From Chrysomallon squamiferum (Eukaryota > Animalia > Mollusca): a stretch of 64,000 nucleotides of DNA. The notes below the pieces were generated by a model. It had not been told where the DNA came from, did not search any database, and saw only the letters and a list, made by a program, of their open reading frames with translations. The stretch is taken from the NCBI GenBank assembly GCA_012295275.1, contig CM022672.1, positions 16,492,001-16,556,000 on the forward strand, written 5' to 3'. Shown one piece after another: positions 51,888 to 64,000 of this stretch (within the stretch, counting starts at the first letter, position 1; every line of letters begins with the position of its first letter). Both the position numbers and the translations under genes were made by a program.

Positions 51888-52519
51888 CTGTCATTGTTTT
51901 TACTAAATTCAAGTAATACAAATGTCAAAATCATTAATGAATAATGATTGCTCCCTACTGATATAGCCTGAGGCTGTTAAAACTAACGTGTTGGCTGAAT
52001 AACACAAATGATGTCAGCCAGCTATTTAGTTCTTATATGGAATTTGAGCAACACCACCAATAACACTGAATAAACCATTGGTTCATTTTAGAAAAAAAAA
52101 TAACAAATAATACTCGCCACAGGTCAACAGCATGTTTATTGTGCATTTGTTATTTTCAATTTTGTACTACTTCTATGCTGCCATCTACATATTTGATCTA
52201 TAATTCTTTTTACAATAAGTGATTTATAGATTTTGGGTCATTTTTAAATATTTAGCCCATCGCTGTTATTAAAGGCTTTAAACTCTGCTCCGAGTTCAAG
52301 CTTACATGTTGTACTATGAATATGACTGTATCAGTGCATGAGTCTATGATGTATCGCATGATATGGCTGTACGAAAGTGTACGTTTAGATTTTTTAAAAT
52401 GCCAAAAATAAAACTGAAAGTTAAAAACTGATTAAGTTGATAGTATCCCGTATCATATCGTCATTTTGTTTTAAACATACTACGATAGTATAGAGCTTAG
52501 AAAGATTAGAACATTACAT

Positions 52520-52713
52520 TTTAAATTTCGCACATGTTCCAAACTGCCGATCACGTCTGGTGAAACGAGATAAGCGGAAGACGGCCAGTCCAGTTCCACG
52601 CAAAAATAAGCTTTCAGGGGAAAGTGCGTCTCATCTTTGAAATTACAGTCTTAAGGTCATATCAATAAACGATAAATACAGCAATGAATCAAAATGATTG
52701 TTATGTGTACCTC

Positions 52714-52748
<35 letters not shown>

Positions 52749-53628
52749 TAGGTTAATATAACAGTTTTCGTATTATGAATTCGGTAATAGTGGAAATAAT
52801 AACAAAATTTCAGATAACAGTAGATAAAAGGCTCATGTACTATCGTTATTTTTTTAAAACTGCATTGTAGCTTGCAAATTCTACTGCAAATTAGATTGCC
52901 TAGATAATTATTTTAAAATAAAAATGTAGTTTATATGTAAATGTCAATTTTAAAAAGTCATTTAATTTAAGAATGTACTTCCTCCAATAAGAAAATAAAT
53001 GAAATAAACTTATTAAGCTTTCTCTCTGTATATAAATAATTTATAAATATACATATCTATAAGTATAAGAAAATGTTGATATTCACTAAACTGTTAAAAT
53101 ATCCCCCCCCAAAAAAAAAACCAACACAAACGACTGTAAACCATTACAAAAAAAAAAAGCGTTGCAGTTTTATTTATTTATTTCTTATTTTTTAATCAGT
53201 CCATTATTTACATTCATTAGTGAAAATATTATAATGCATTTTTTAAGGCATTCACAATTTTTTTTTTTTTTTTTTTTTACAACATATATATATTATATTA
53301 ATTTTTGAAAATCGTCCTGAAATGCATAGGTCTTATGTGTAGTTTTTATCGGTTCGTTGGCATTTACATCGGGATTTTAAAGACCATTTTATTTATTACA
53401 TTAATACACTAGTATTAACGCATATGGTAAAATTAAAGTGACGTTAAATAATTTGACATTAAACAATTTTAGACGGTCACAGACAGTACAAAATTAAAAA
53501 AATATATATATATTTTTACACATATTATTTGGTGTAAAGATCATGTGATCTGCATTTGTGAATTTTTATTTTTTATTTTTGTTGTTTAACTTTTCGCCAT
53601 TTTGCGATGTTGGCAGCATCCGTTTCAG
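52520..53628. promoter_or_regulatory. Divergent promoter region between the Tudor gene and CCDC186, including the CCDC186 first exon (about 53590-53628)
   Basis: CpG-containing patches at 52530-52630 (with ETS-like CGGAAG) and 53590-53630 (YY1-like CGCCATTTT followed by donor CAG|gtagg at 53628/53629). The two genes point away from each other. Confidence 0.55.
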
Positions 53629-55548
53629 GTAGGAAAAAATCGTTTCCTTGTTTGCAAAATATTTGATCATGTCCTTGTTATTTCTTTAGACCAAGTATTA
53701 TTTTACATGAGAACGTGTACTTAATACAAAACATCATGTTACTTGTTTTAAATTTATTCGATATTTGTATGAACTATAAATCTGAAGCCGACCTGTCAAA
53801 TTTGAAAGTGTAAGTGTAACTACTTCAGTAGTTTTAGTAGTTACAACTACAAACGTCACTCTTACATGCATTTATGTGATACATCAAATATTAAAACTGT
53901 TCAAATTCTTGTGGGTTATATAGTTTAAAATATTATATTGGATGCTCACATGTGTTACACTTAGTTACTGTATTATATATACCATATTATTATATAGAAT
54001 AGATACACTGATATAATGATACATCGAATTCATGATCCCATTACAGGCATTAGTGCATTACTATTAATTACTATTACTTTTTATATTAGTATTATGTATA
54101 TGACAAAATTTTAAAAAAATAATATTTTCCTAAAAAATTATATTTCACTAGAAAGAGCAAAGAATGCATATTATATTGACACCAAGATCTCTTTGATAGC
54201 ATTGATATGAAAAAGTTAAGAATTCATGTCAAAATAAAATTTGAGCATATTTTTCTTTCATAACCTGTGGAAAAACTGTAATTCATTTCTGACATTTTGC
54301 AACATAAACACTGAAATCTCATATAGTTTTAATCCAGTATACATATATTACAAATCAAAATAAATCTTTTGATGAGTTCTTAAGTTGTACAGTATTCTTA
54401 AGCAAGTTGCTAATACTTTTTAATTTTAATTAAATAATTAATAAAACTAATTAGCTCATGTGTACCTTACATCTTACTCATGTCATTCTTAAAAACTTCA
54501 TAGAAATTAAACCAGTATACAAAAGTATCATTTTTTTAAGACTGATGAATTGTAGAGGCCTTTACATATTCAAACATTTTGCTAACATTTATTTTTTACC
54601 AATTAATAGCATTAATTAGCATTTAATTGTTTAAAGTTCAAGCAGTGCATTATGCTTTAGTGAAACAAAACATATTCAGCTGGCATTGAGCTGTGTTGTT
54701 TAATTAATGATATCAAATGCCTTTTGGTCCAGAAAACATTTTTGTTACATTTCTTAATATTTTAGTAGATCAAAAATCTGGAAGAAAAAAATAGTTTCTG
54801 TAAATATAATTCATTCACATCATGCTCCTTTTTGTTTAAAAACAAAATTTAAAAAAAAGAGTAAAAACCCAGTAACCAAAAAAACAACAAAAAAACTAAC
54901 TAAAAAAAAACAAAAAAACAATTGTGCTTACTATACAGTTTAAGTCCAATATTTTATAAATAGAAAAAATTTGCTACTAGGTTTTCACTTCTAGCTACTG
55001 TATTTTGTAGGTGCTTATGTTTAATTTGATCGGTATGGTCTTTGTTTTTTGTTTTTGTTTTTTTAAATCTCCTCTACTATATTATAAAGCAAAATAAAAT
55101 TATATATAATACAGATTCATAGAAAGCTGGTCTGTTTTCTTAAAACAATTCTTTTCCTTCACTGTCCTCATAAATCAGAAGAGGTTTCAACTTAAGATAT
55201 CATAGTAAAGGTTTACAATGACCCATAATTCTATTTTGAAGTTTTTTTTTTTTTTCCTTATGTGAAACTTATTCAACTGACAAATATGTAATCAGAAGTA
55301 GCAGCTGGTGCATATAGTCTCCTGAAAAATAACCAGATATTAAAGAGTGTCAAGTATAGGGTGTGGCTGTTACATGTGTAGCTGTAACATTTTAGACAAA
55401 ACATCAGAATGAACTGTTATCAATGTTTTCAGAATCAAGCATTAAAAAAGGGAAAGTAATAACTTCAGTATATAGTGAATTAGTGTTCTTAATTATTAAT
55501 GTTGATGACAGCTGTATCAGTTGTATCTTTTAACATTTCATTCATAAA

Positions 55549-55580
<32 letters not shown>

Positions 55581-55672
55581 AAACAAAATTACAGTGTTGT
55601 TCTTATTTTGTATTATTTATAAATAAATTAATTTAATATATATTGTAGATAAAGATGAACATTCAGTGAAAT

Positions 55673-64000
<8,328 letters not shown>

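Overview
AT-rich (roughly 70% AT by eye), intron-rich animal genomic DNA; the microsatellite load and gene set suggest an invertebrate, possibly a mollusc (inference). No prokaryotic features are present. Four loci were reconstructed by hand-splicing. (1) The 3' part of a KDM3/JMJD1-family H3K9 demethylase (+, stop at 11546). (2) A tandem pair of small 4-exon genes for secreted 8-Cys peptides (+, 20456-22079 and 22756-24327), each with an apparent frame lesion. (3) A piRNA-pathway-type gene (-, 51887-31337) whose exons join in one frame into RRM + GRG-containing linker + MYND finger + seven extended Tudor domains (TDRD1/Vreteno-like). (4) CCDC186 (+, from 55673, running off the window), head-to-head with the Tudor gene. 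The most interesting unexplained signals are: a cluster of structured RNAs in one intron of the Tudor gene (two convincing paralogous box H/ACA RNAs with compensatory changes, flanking two copies of an unclassified double-hairpin element); a candidate internal promoter/first exon that would give an RRM-less isoform; and the divergent TDRD1-CCDC186 pairing, which I recall also exists in human. All exon structures are manual inferences without transcript data.
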